Assembly (NCBI GenBank): GCA_050181585.1
Contig: JBFXDA010000014.1
Coordinates: 42,714 to 106,713 of the forward strand
Source of the DNA: Reyranellaceae bacterium
Lineage (GTDB): Bacteria; Pseudomonadota; Alphaproteobacteria; Reyranellales; JAQSWP01
DNA: 64,000 bases
Direction of reading: 5' to 3'
Each line of letters opens with the position of its first letter. Within the stretch, counting starts at the first letter, position 1. The translations under genes and the position numbers were made by a program. The notes under the pieces were generated by a model. That model made no database searches. It was not told where the DNA came from and worked only from the letters and a program-made list of their open reading frames with translations. Positions 50,293 through 60,203 of this stretch are shown here, one piece after another.

Positions 50293-50655
50293 ATGGCCAG
50301 ATACGTCGACGGTTTCGTGCTGATCGTGCCCAAGAAGAATCTCGACGCCTATCGCAGGATGTCGCGCAAGGCGGGCAAGATCTGGCGCGAATACGGGGCG
50401 CTGGAATATCGCGAATGCGTCGGCGAGGACCTGAAGGCCAAGTTCGGCCTGCCCTTCGGCAAGCTGACCAAGGCCAAGCCCAACGAGGCGGTGGTGTTCT
50501 CCTGGATCGTCTACAAGTCGCGCAAGGACCGCGACAAGATCAACGCCAAGGTGATGGCCGACAAGCGCCTGAGCGACGGCATGGACCCCAACAAGATGCC
50601 GTTCGACCTCAAGCGCATGTCCTATGGCGGCTTCGAGGTGTTCGTGGACGTCTAG
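50293..50655 (+). CDS. DUF1428 family protein
   Basis: YVDGFV..VP, GALEY.ECV, E.VVFSWI.Y, MPFD.KRM.YGGF; AAGGAG RBS. Confidence 0.92.
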   Translation: MARYVDGFVLIVPKKNLDAYRRMSRKAGKIWREYGALEYRECVGEDLKAKFGLPFGKLTKAKPNEAVVFSWIVYKSRKDRDKINAKVMADKRLSDGMDPNKMPFDLKRMSYGGFEVFVDV

Positions 50656-50677
50656 ACCGTACGTCCTCTCTCTTCCA

Positions 50678-50795
50678 CCCCTCTCCCGCTTGCGGGAGAG
50701 GGTGCCCGAAGGGCGGGTGAGGGTGCGCGGTGGTCGATGCCGAAGAACACCCTCATCCGGGCTTCGCCCACCTTCTCCCGCAAGCGGGAGAAGGG
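50678..50795. repeat. Palindromic intergenic repeat, family A, copy 2
   Basis: Same terminal hairpins as 34793-34907; between convergent genes. Confidence 0.9.
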
Positions 50796-50817
50796 TGTCA
50801 CTTGCTAGATTTCACCC

Positions 50818-51816
50818 TTACTCAGCCAGGCTCCTGATCTGATCGTCGAGATCGTCGGCGATGAAGGCCTGCACGATCTCGTCGATCGAAGCGTCGACGG
50901 TGAAGCCCAGCGCATCGGCCCGCGCCCCGCGCGAGGCCTTGGGCCAGGAATCGACGATGGCCTGGGTCGGCGCGTCGGGCTGCCACAGCACCTTGCCGAG
51001 GCGGCGGTTGCCGGCATGGCGCCGCATGGCCGCTTCCATCTCCGCCGCCGTCACCGCGATGCCCGAGAGCAGCAGCGAGCGATAGGCGCCCAGCGCCTCG
51101 CCCGGCAGGTCGTGGGCGCGCAGGAAGGCGTCGATGGTCCGCCGCGGCGACAGGCAGGCCATCGAAGAATCGGGCCGCACCGGACAGACCGCATCGACGC
51201 CCGACAGCGGCTCGCGGACGATCGAGCTGGCCCAGGTCGAGGCCGCCTTGTTGGGCTTGCCGGTGCGCACGGTGATGGTGGGCAGGCGCAGCGCGCGGCC
51301 GTCGAGGAAGCCCTTGCGCGTGCAGTCGTTGATCAGCAGCTCGCACGCCGCCTTCTGCGCCCCGTAGGAGGTGCGCGGCGTCAGGATGGTGGCATCCGTC
51401 ACCGGGTTGGGCAGTTCGCCGCCGTAAACGGCGATCGACGAGGTAAAGACCAGCCGCGCCGGCCGCGGCAGGGCGCGGCAGGCTTCCAGCACGTGGCGCG
51501 TGCCGTCGAGATTGACCCGCCAGCCGAGATCGAAATCGGCTTCCGCCCCCGCACTGACCACGGCGGCGAGATGGAACACCGAATCGGTGTCGTTGCCGAT
51601 CAGCAGCTCGACCTGGGCGCGGTCGGCGATGTCGCCGGCGATGGCGGTGACGCGCGCATCGCCTTTGCCGACCGGCGACGGCGCGACGTCGAACAGCACC
51701 AGCTCATCGATGCGCTCCGGCTTACCGGACGGGCCGACCAGCGTGCCGCGCTCGAGCAGGCGCTGCGCCAGCTTCCTGCCGAGGAAGCCGGCGCCGCCGG
51801 TGATGACGACTTTCAT
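50818..51816 (-). CDS. denD: D-erythronate dehydrogenase-like NAD-dependent epimerase/dehydratase
   Basis: TGGAGFLG, HLAAVVS..AEADFDLG..VN, SYG.QK, LRLPTI.VR.GKPN.AAS. Confidence 0.75.
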   Translation of the reverse strand: MKVVITGGAGFLGRKLAQRLLERGTLVGPSGKPERIDELVLFDVAPSPVGKGDARVTAIAGDIADRAQVELLIGNDTDSVFHLAAVVSAGAEADFDLGWRVNLDGTRHVLEACRALPRPARLVFTSSIAVYGGELPNPVTDATILTPRTSYGAQKAACELLINDCTRKGFLDGRALRLPTITVRTGKPNKAASTWASSIVREPLSGVDAVCPVRPDSSMACLSPRRTIDAFLRAHDLPGEALGAYRSLLLSGIAVTAAEMEAAMRRHAGNRRLGKVLWQPDAPTQAIVDSWPKASRGARADALGFTVDASIDEIVQAFIADDLDDQIRSLAE

Positions 51817-51820
51817 GCCG

Positions 51821-52084
51821 CTACTGCTTGGCCGGCTCGGTGACCACCAGCGTCACGTTCTCGGCCAGCATGGTGAAGACGACCTTGCCGTTCGACGCCT
51901 TGTAGGTCCAGATCTCCAGCGGCCCGATCTTGCCGATGTCGTCGGGCTGGCCCAGCAGCGCCACCACTTCCGCTTTCTTCTTGGCCTCGCCGGCCTTCTG
52001 CAGCATCGCTTCCTTGGTCGGCTTGCCGCAGGCCGCGACGGCCAGCATCAGGCCGGCCGCCAGCACCAGTTTCCAGGATCGCAT
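51821..52084 (-). CDS. Small lipoprotein
   Basis: MRSWKLVLAAGLMLAVAAC lipobox; V..LLG.PD...E.WTY (SmpA/BamE-like pattern). Confidence 0.75.
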   Translation of the reverse strand: MRSWKLVLAAGLMLAVAACGKPTKEAMLQKAGEAKKKAEVVALLGQPDDIGKIGPLEIWTYKASNGKVVFTMLAENVTLVVTEPAKQ

Positions 52085-53430
52085 CAATGCACGCTCTTGA
52101 TCACGTCGGTGACGGTGCCGATCAGCTCGTCGATCTGCGTCTTTTCGATGATCAGCGGCGGGGAGAGCGCGATGGTGTCGCCGGTGGTGCGGATCAGCAC
52201 GCCCTTCTCGTAGCACTTGACCAGGCATTCGTAGGCGCGCGCCGTCGGCTTGTCGGGAATGCCCTCCATCTCGATGGCGGCGACCAGCCCCAGATTGCGC
52301 AGGTCAACGACGTGGCGCACGCCCTTCAGCGAATGGATGGCGTCCTCCCAATAGGGCGACAGGTCGGCGGCGCGCTGGAACAGCCCCTCCTCCTGGTAGA
52401 CGTCGAGCGTCGCCAGCGAGGCGGCGCAGGCCAGCGGGTGGGCCGAGTAGGTGTAGCCGTGGAACAGCTCGATCATGTGTTCGGCGCCGGTCATGAAGGC
52501 GTCGTAGATGTGCTTGCGCGTGAACACCGCGCCCATCGGCACGGTGCCGTTGGAGATGCCCTTGGCCACCGTCATCATGTCGGGCAGCACGTTGAAATGC
52601 TCGGCGGCGAAGGAGGAGCCCAGCCGGCCGAAGCCGCAGATCACCTCGTCGAAGATCAGCAGGATGCCGTGCCGGTCGCAGATCTGGCGCAGCTTCTGCA
52701 GGTAGCCCTTGGGCGGGATCAGCACGCCGGTCGAGCCGGCCACCGGCTCGACGATGACGGCGGCGATGGTCGAGGCGTCGTGCAGGGCTATGATGCGCTC
52801 CAGCTCGTCGGCCAGCCAGGCGCCATGCTCGGGCTGGCCGCGGGTGAAGGCGTTCTTCTCCGGCAAATGCGTGTGCGGCAGGTGGTCGACGCCGGCCAGC
52901 ATCGGGCCGAACACCTTGCGGTTGGAGACGATGCCGCCGACCGAGATGCCGCCGAAGCCGACGCCGTGATAGCCGCGCTCGCGGCCGATCAGGCGGGTGC
53001 GCTGGCCCTCGCCGCGGGCGCGGTGATAGGCCAGCGCGATCTTCAGCGCCGTGTCGACGGCTTCGGAGCCCGAGTTGGTGTAGAAGACGTGATCGAGATC
53101 GCCCGGCAGCATGGCGGCCAGGCGCGCGGCCAGTTCGAAGGCCTTGGGATGGCCCATCTGGAAGGGCGGCGCATAGTCCATTTCCGCCACCTGGCGTTGC
53201 ACCGCCTCGACGATGCGCCGCCGCCCGTGGCCGGCATTGACGCACCACAACCCGGCGGCGCCGTCCAGGATCTTGCGCCCGTCATGGCTGAAATAATGCA
53301 TGTCCTTGGCGCCGACCAGCAGGCGGGGGTTCTTCTTGAACTGGCGGTTGGCCGAGAACGGCATCCAGAAGGCTTCCAGATTGTTGGGCACTTCCGTGGT
53401 CATGGCCTGCCGGGGCGTCGGGGAGTTCAT
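52084..53430 (-). CDS. Omega-amino acid:pyruvate aminotransferase (class III)
   Basis: FWMPF.ANRQFK, GLWCVNAGH, NSGSEAVDTALK, GYHGVGFGG, EPVAGSTG, FDEVI.GFGR, FHGYTYSAHP. Confidence 0.93.
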   Translation of the reverse strand: MNSPTPRQAMTTEVPNNLEAFWMPFSANRQFKKNPRLLVGAKDMHYFSHDGRKILDGAAGLWCVNAGHGRRRIVEAVQRQVAEMDYAPPFQMGHPKAFELAARLAAMLPGDLDHVFYTNSGSEAVDTALKIALAYHRARGEGQRTRLIGRERGYHGVGFGGISVGGIVSNRKVFGPMLAGVDHLPHTHLPEKNAFTRGQPEHGAWLADELERIIALHDASTIAAVIVEPVAGSTGVLIPPKGYLQKLRQICDRHGILLIFDEVICGFGRLGSSFAAEHFNVLPDMMTVAKGISNGTVPMGAVFTRKHIYDAFMTGAEHMIELFHGYTYSAHPLACAASLATLDVYQEEGLFQRAADLSPYWEDAIHSLKGVRHVVDLRNLGLVAAIEMEGIPDKPTARAYECLVKCYEKGVLIRTTGDTIALSPPLIIEKTQIDELIGTVTDVIKSVH

Positions 53431-53552
53431 GAAACTGTCCTTTCTCGGAAACAGAACCGCTGTATCCAGCCTGCGCCCGGCACAGTAGCATGGTGGCGGA
53501 AGCCGGCGGAATACGGCGGACGCCGGGCAGAAACACGGGATTCGCAGGCCGG

Positions 53553-54092
53553 ATGGGCACCACCGACGACATTCTGGAGCTGCTGGCGCGGGGCGACCGC
53601 GATCTCTATAGCGGCGAGCGCGTCAGCCAGCTCGAGCACGCCCTGCAATGCGCCCATTTCGCCCAGCAGGCCGGGGCCGCGGACGCGCTGGTGGTGGCGA
53701 CGCTGGTGCACGATATCGGCCATATCCTGGCGGGCGGCGAGCTTGCGGCCGAACGGGGCATCGACGGCCGGCACGAGGAAAGCGGTGCCGCCTTCCTGGC
53801 GCGGCATTTCGGGCCGGAAGTCTGCGAGCCGGTGCGCCTGCACGTGGCGGCCAAGCGCTATCTGTGCGCCACCGACCCGTCCTATTTCGACCGCCTGTCC
53901 GAAGCCTCGGTGCGCAGCCTGCGGCTGCAGGGCGGGCCGATGTCGGCCCAGGAGGTCGACGCGTTCGAATCCAGCCCCTACGCCCAGGCCGCCGTCCGCC
54001 TGCGCCAGTGGGACGAGCAGGGCAAGATCGTGGGCCTGGAAACCCCCGATCTGGACCATTTCCGCCCGCTGGTGGCGGCGGCGCTGAAATAG
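53553..54092 (+). CDS. phnZ: PhnZ/TmpB-type HD-domain di-iron oxygenase (phosphonate C-P cleavage)
   Basis: Y.GE.VSQLEHALQ, HDIGH, RHE, LHV.AKRYL, LS.AS..SL.LQGG, LR.WD..GK. Confidence 0.8.
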   Translation: MGTTDDILELLARGDRDLYSGERVSQLEHALQCAHFAQQAGAADALVVATLVHDIGHILAGGELAAERGIDGRHEESGAAFLARHFGPEVCEPVRLHVAAKRYLCATDPSYFDRLSEASVRSLRLQGGPMSAQEVDAFESSPYAQAAVRLRQWDEQGKIVGLETPDLDHFRPLVAAALK

Positions 54093-54182
54093 CCGCGCCG
54101 CCACGAACAGCGTGGCGCGAACGTTCAATCCCCGACCCCCGGCACCCCCTACCTTCTGCGCGAGGCAACGCAGGAGGACCGG

Positions 54183-54650
54183 ATGCGCTTCACCCTGAAC
54201 GGCCGTCAGGCCGCGATTCCGCCCGATCTGGCCGACGAGCCGCTGCTCTTCGTCCTGCGCGACCATTTCGGCCTGAACGGTCCCAAATTCGGTTGCGGCG
54301 TCGGCGCCTGCGGCGCCTGCACCGTGATTGTCGACGGCGAAGCGGTGCGCGCCTGCAGCGTCGCCGCCGCCGGCGTCGAAGGCACTGCAATCGTGACGCT
54401 TGAGGGGCTGGCTCGAGACGGCGAACCGCACCCGGTGCAAAGCGCCTGGATCGAGCAGTCGGTGCCGCAATGCGGCTACTGCCAGAACGGCCAGATCATG
54501 ACGGCCGTGGCCCTGCTCGAGCGCGATCCGGCCGCCGATGCGCGGACCATCGACGAGGCCATGGACGGCGTGTTCTGCCGCTGCGGCACCCAGGCGCGCA
54601 TCCGCCGGGCGATCGCCGTGACGCAGCTTCGGCTGCGAACCGGGCGATGA
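54183..54650 (+). CDS. (2Fe-2S) small subunit, IorA/CoxS type
   Basis: KFGCGVGACGACTV, QCGYCQNGQ, CRCGT. Confidence 0.93.
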   Translation: MRFTLNGRQAAIPPDLADEPLLFVLRDHFGLNGPKFGCGVGACGACTVIVDGEAVRACSVAAAGVEGTAIVTLEGLARDGEPHPVQSAWIEQSVPQCGYCQNGQIMTAVALLERDPAADARTIDEAMDGVFCRCGTQARIRRAIAVTQLRLRTGR

Positions 54651-56791
54651 GCCGGAAACTGTCGCGGCGGCGGCTGCTGAAGATCCTGGGCTGGAGCGGC
54701 GCGGGAATAACCGCCATGGCGGCCGGCGCCTACGCGCTGATGCCCGCCTTGCCGAGCCGGCGGGCGCCGGCGGCGGCCGACGCCGCCGCCTGGGTCAGCC
54801 TGCGCCCGGAGGGACATTTCGAACTGCATTCGCCACGCGTCGAAATGGGCCAGGGCATCGCCGTCGCTTTGCGGCAGGTCGTGGCGGAAGAGCTCGGCGT
54901 GTCGCTGGCGCAGGTGCGCTGCCTGTCGCCCGATACGGCGGTCAGCGGCGAATGCCGCGCCACGGTCGGTTCCGATTCGATCAAGGATTTCGCGCCGCTG
55001 CTGGCCCAGGCCGCCGCGGCGCTGGCGCTGGCGTTGCAGGCGCGAGCCGCCGCGATGCTGCAAGCGCCGGAAGCATCGCTGGATGCCGCCGGCGCCGCCG
55101 CCGCTTCGGGACGACGGCTGACATTCGCCGAACTGGCCGCCGGCCCGCCGCTGGTGCTCGACGACAGGGCGGTCGCCGCCGCGACGCCGCGCAGCTTCGC
55201 CGCGGACCACGCGCCGCGGATCGTCGGCCATGGCGCGCCGACCGACGGCATCGCGGCCATCGTCACCGGCAATGCGCCGCTGTTCGCCGACGACATCCGC
55301 CTGCCCGGCATGATCCATGGCGCCATGGTCAAGTCGGAAGGCCTCAACGGCACGGTGGCCGCCCTCGACGACAGCGGCGCGCGGACCATACCGGGCTATC
55401 TCGGGCTGGTTTCCGGCCGCGGCTTCACCGGCCTGCTGGCGGCGCGGCGCGGCGCCTTGCAGCGCGCCCTGGCGGCGATCGCCTTCGAGGACAGTTACGA
55501 GCGCTCCGTCTCCACCGCCAGCATCGAAGCCGCGATCGGTTCTCCGGGCGGCAAACGCGGCCACGAGCACGTGCTGCACCCGGCCGCCATCGACCCGGAC
55601 CGCGCCTTCGACATCGATCTGCGGCTGGCTGTGCCGCTGGCGGCGCATGCGTCGATCGAGCCGCGCACGGCGGTGGCGGACTTCCGCCGTGACGGCAAGC
55701 TGGAGATCTGGACCGGAACGCAGGACGCGTTCTTCGTGCGCGATACTCTGGCCAAGGCCCTGGGAATGGCGCGGAGCGAGGTGGTCGTGCACGGCATGCG
55801 GGTCGGCGGCGGCTTCGGCGCCCGCACCATCTGCGCCGCCGAACTGGAAGCGGCGCTGCTGTCGCGGGCGGCGCGCCGGCCGGTCAAGGTGCAATGGTCG
55901 CGGGCCGACGAATTCCGTCACGGCTTCCACCGGCCGCCCTCGACCCATCGCATCCGCGCCGCGCTCGACGAGGGCGGACGCATCGCGCGCTGGTGGCACG
56001 CCTTTCGCTCCGGCCACGTCATCTTCACCTCGGCCGCCATGGGGCCGGTGCTGCAGTTCGGCACCAGCTTCGTGGCCGATCCCGGCGTGGCGCGCGGCTC
56101 GACGCCGCCCTATGCGGTCGGCGCGTTGCGGGTCGAATTCGACGACGTGCGGCTGCCGGTGAAGACCGGGCCATGGCGCGGGCTGGGCGCGGCCGGCAAT
56201 TGCTGGGCGATCGAAACGGCGATCGACGCGCTGGCGCGCAAGGCCGGACTGAATGCGGTCGCCTTCCGGCTGCGCAACCTGCCGGCCGGCGCGGCCCGGC
56301 TGGCCGAGGTGTTGCGGCGCGCCGCCGCCATGGCGCGCTGGGACGGGCGATCGCGCCAGGAAGGCGTCGGCTACGGCGTGGCCTGCGGCACCTACAAGGA
56401 AATGTCGCATGCCGCCGCGATCGCGCGCATCGAGCGCCATGGTGGGCGGCTGCGGCTCAGCCATCTGTGGTGCGCGCAGGACTGCGGCCGGGTCGTCAAT
56501 CCCGACCAGGTGCGGGCGCAGGTCGAGGGCAATCTGGTATGGGGCATCGGCATGGCGCTGGGCGAGACGCTCGACGTCGCCGAGGGGCGGATTTCGGCGC
56601 AAAGCTTTCTCGATTACGCTATCCCCCGCTTCTCCGACGTGCCGCAGATCGCGATCGAACTGGTCGAAGGCTCGCCCGTGCCGACCGGCGCCGGAGAAAC
56701 GGCGATCGTCTGCGCCACCGCCGCCGTCACCAACGCCATCGCCGATCTCGACGGCGAAAGCGTGCTGGCCCTGCCCTGGAGGGCGCGATAG
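54647..56791 (+). CDS. Molybdopterin-binding subunit, IorB type, Tat signal
   Basis: SRRRLLK, EMGQG, AEEL, HASIEP, GGGFG, WRG.G, DCG.VVNPD...AQ.EG, G.GE; ATGA overlap with the small subunit. Confidence 0.9.
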   Translation: MSRKLSRRRLLKILGWSGAGITAMAAGAYALMPALPSRRAPAAADAAAWVSLRPEGHFELHSPRVEMGQGIAVALRQVVAEELGVSLAQVRCLSPDTAVSGECRATVGSDSIKDFAPLLAQAAAALALALQARAAAMLQAPEASLDAAGAAAASGRRLTFAELAAGPPLVLDDRAVAAATPRSFAADHAPRIVGHGAPTDGIAAIVTGNAPLFADDIRLPGMIHGAMVKSEGLNGTVAALDDSGARTIPGYLGLVSGRGFTGLLAARRGALQRALAAIAFEDSYERSVSTASIEAAIGSPGGKRGHEHVLHPAAIDPDRAFDIDLRLAVPLAAHASIEPRTAVADFRRDGKLEIWTGTQDAFFVRDTLAKALGMARSEVVVHGMRVGGGFGARTICAAELEAALLSRAARRPVKVQWSRADEFRHGFHRPPSTHRIRAALDEGGRIARWWHAFRSGHVIFTSAAMGPVLQFGTSFVADPGVARGSTPPYAVGALRVEFDDVRLPVKTGPWRGLGAAGNCWAIETAIDALARKAGLNAVAFRLRNLPAGAARLAEVLRRAAAMARWDGRSRQEGVGYGVACGTYKEMSHAAAIARIERHGGRLRLSHLWCAQDCGRVVNPDQVRAQVEGNLVWGIGMALGETLDVAEGRISAQSFLDYAIPRFSDVPQIAIELVEGSPVPTGAGETAIVCATAAVTNAIADLDGESVLALPWRAR

Positions 56792-56804
56792 AGCAGGCCG
56801 GGAT

Positions 56805-57785
56805 ATGGCGGATGGCGGCCGGGGGAGGAACGGTTTGGACGATTTCGCGAGCAGCCTGATCGTCAGGATGATCGAGCGTTCGCTGCGGGCGCAGGGCATC
56901 GCCTATCCGGCGGCGCGCACGCCCGAGCCCGCCGGCCCGCGCGTCGCCCTGGCGCGCAAGCGTGCGCTGATCGAGGCGGTGCTGCGCGCGCACGGGCCGC
57001 GACCGCTGCTGCGGGTCGGCGACGTCGTCGGCGATTTCGCCGCCACGCCGGCGGCGCGCCTGTTCGAGGCCGCGCGCGATCCGCACGATCTGATCGAGCG
57101 CTGGCTGCGCGTCGAGCGCTATTTCCACGCCCGGCACCGCAGCCGCCTGATCGACCGGGGGCCGGGCTTCGCGGTGCTGCAGCATGTGGCGATCGACGGC
57201 CCGCCGCCGATGCCGGGCGAAGACATCGTGGTCGCCGCCGTGCTGCGGGGATTGCTGGCCTGGCTGGGCGCCCAGGGCGCGACGCTGGGCTTCCCCGCGG
57301 CGCGCGGTCGCTGGCAACCGGCCGGCGACGCGATCCCGCGCCACACCGCGCGCTGGCGACTGGCCTGGCAGGCGTTCGATCGCCGACGCCAGCCGACGCC
57401 CGGCGCCGGGATCGAAGTCCCGCTGCATACCGCCAGCGGGCGCGAATTGCCGTCCGGCCTGGCGCGGGCCGTCTACGCGCAGGCCGCTGCCGACCCCGGC
57501 GCCAGACGCACCGTGCGCGACTATGCGGCGGACCACGGCCTCTCTTCCCGCAGTTTCCAGCGGCGCCTGGCGGAAAATGGCTGGACGCTGCAGAAGATCG
57601 TCGCGGCCATGCGCCTGCAGGTCGCCGCCGAGCTGCTGTCGACGAGCGACATGCCGATCGCGCTGGTCGGGTTGTTCGCGGGCTACAGCGACCAGCCGCA
57701 TTTCCAGCGCGCCTTCCAGAAAGGCCTGGGACCGACGCCCGGACTCTACCGGCAGCTCAGCCAGACCGCCGACCGGGCAAACTGA
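56805..57785 (+). CDS. AraC family transcriptional regulator
   Basis: GLS.RSFQRRL, GYSDQPHF.RAF..G.TP..YR; start may be TTG 56835. Confidence 0.85.
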   Translation: MADGGRGRNGLDDFASSLIVRMIERSLRAQGIAYPAARTPEPAGPRVALARKRALIEAVLRAHGPRPLLRVGDVVGDFAATPAARLFEAARDPHDLIERWLRVERYFHARHRSRLIDRGPGFAVLQHVAIDGPPPMPGEDIVVAAVLRGLLAWLGAQGATLGFPAARGRWQPAGDAIPRHTARWRLAWQAFDRRRQPTPGAGIEVPLHTASGRELPSGLARAVYAQAAADPGARRTVRDYAADHGLSSRSFQRRLAENGWTLQKIVAAMRLQVAAELLSTSDMPIALVGLFAGYSDQPHFQRAFQKGLGPTPGLYRQLSQTADRAN

Positions 57786-58016
57786 GCAATAAAACGTCAT
57801 CGCTGCGATTCGGTCATTTTTTCGTCAATGCCGACTCCACTGCCTGTAGGATTTCTGCAACAATCCAATGCTACCTCTTCGCGGGGTGGCCGGAGGCGCG
57901 GCAGGGGAATGGGTTTTGCCGGCGAAGGTCGCGTAAAAGTCGATCCGCCCGGGCAGCATCGGCTCTCGCTTTCCGCAATCGCCGTCGATCGCACCAAACG
58001 AGGGAGCTCAACCATC

Positions 58017-59042
58017 ATGATCTTTCGCAATTTCTGGCGCGCGGGCGTGCTGGCCGCCGGCGCCGCCCTGCTGGCGACGGCCGCGCAGGCGCAGACCAAG
58101 CTGACCGTCTACACCGCGCTCGAATCGGACCAGCTCAAGGCCTACAAGGAAGCCTTCGAGAAGGACGTCAAGGACATCGAGCTGGTGTTCGTGCGCGACT
58201 CCACCGGCGTCGTCACCGCCAAGCTGCTGGCCGAGAAGAACAACCCGCGCGCCGACATCGTCTGGGGCGTCGCCGCCTCCTCGCTGGCGCTGCTGGCCAG
58301 CGAAGGCATGATCGAGCCCTACGCGCCGGCCGGCGTCGACAAGATCACGGCCAAGTTCAAGGACAGCAAGAACCCGCCCACCTGGGTCGGCATGGACGTC
58401 TATTCCTCGGCCGTCTGCTTCAACACCGTCGAAGCCGGCAAGAAGAACCTGAAGGCGCCGGCCTCGTGGAAGGACCTGACCGATCCGGCCTATCGCGGCC
58501 AGATCGCCATGCCCAACCCGGCCTCCTCCGGCACCGGCTTCCTGGTGGTCGCCGCCTGGCTGCAGCAGATGGGCGAGGACGCGGGCTGGAAGTTCATGGA
58601 CGCGCTGCACGCCAACATCGCCTCCTACACCCATTCCGGCTCCAAGCCCTGCCGCCAGGCCGGCGCCGGCGAATACGCCGTCGGCCTGTCGTTCGACTTC
58701 CGCGCCTCGGACGTGAAGAAGAAGGGCGCGCCGATCGAGATCATCTGGCCCAGCGAAGGGCTGGGCTGGGACGTCGAGGCCTGGGCGCTGATGAAGGGCA
58801 GCAAGAACATGGCGGCGGCCAAGAAGCTGGCCGACTGGTCGATCACGCCCAACGCCATGAAGCAGTACGCGGCCAATTTCGCCATCCTGGCGCTGCCCGG
58901 CCAGGCGCAGCCGCTGCCGCACCTGCCGAACGACCTGGAGGCCAAGCTGGCCAAGGTCGACTTCGACTGGATGGCCAAGAACCGCGAGCGCATCCTGGCC
59001 GAATGGAGCAAGCGCTACGACAGCAAGACCGAGGCCAAATAG
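58017..59042 (+). CDS. Putative 2-aminoethylphosphonate ABC transporter substrate-binding protein (PhnS2/AepX-type)
   Basis: LTVYTALE, VRDSTG..TAKLLAEK.NPRAD.VWG, MPNPASSGTG, YTHSGSKPC, EGLGWD.EA, NRERILAEW..RY. Confidence 0.85.
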   Translation: MIFRNFWRAGVLAAGAALLATAAQAQTKLTVYTALESDQLKAYKEAFEKDVKDIELVFVRDSTGVVTAKLLAEKNNPRADIVWGVAASSLALLASEGMIEPYAPAGVDKITAKFKDSKNPPTWVGMDVYSSAVCFNTVEAGKKNLKAPASWKDLTDPAYRGQIAMPNPASSGTGFLVVAAWLQQMGEDAGWKFMDALHANIASYTHSGSKPCRQAGAGEYAVGLSFDFRASDVKKKGAPIEIIWPSEGLGWDVEAWALMKGSKNMAAAKKLADWSITPNAMKQYAANFAILALPGQAQPLPHLPNDLEAKLAKVDFDWMAKNRERILAEWSKRYDSKTEAK

Positions 59043-59058
59043 GCTTCGCGCCGATCTT

Positions 59059-59085
59059 CCGGGCGACCCCGCAAGGGTCGCCCGG
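59059..59085 (+). terminator. Intra-operon stem-loop after the SBP gene (stabiliser or partial terminator)
   Basis: CCGGGCGACCC-CGCAA-GGGTCGCCCGG followed by TTT. Confidence 0.6.
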
Positions 59086-59114
59086 TTTCATGTTGCGGCA
59101 AGGCGGGGATTGCA

Positions 59115-60200
<1,086 letters not shown>

Positions 60201-60203
60201 CGC

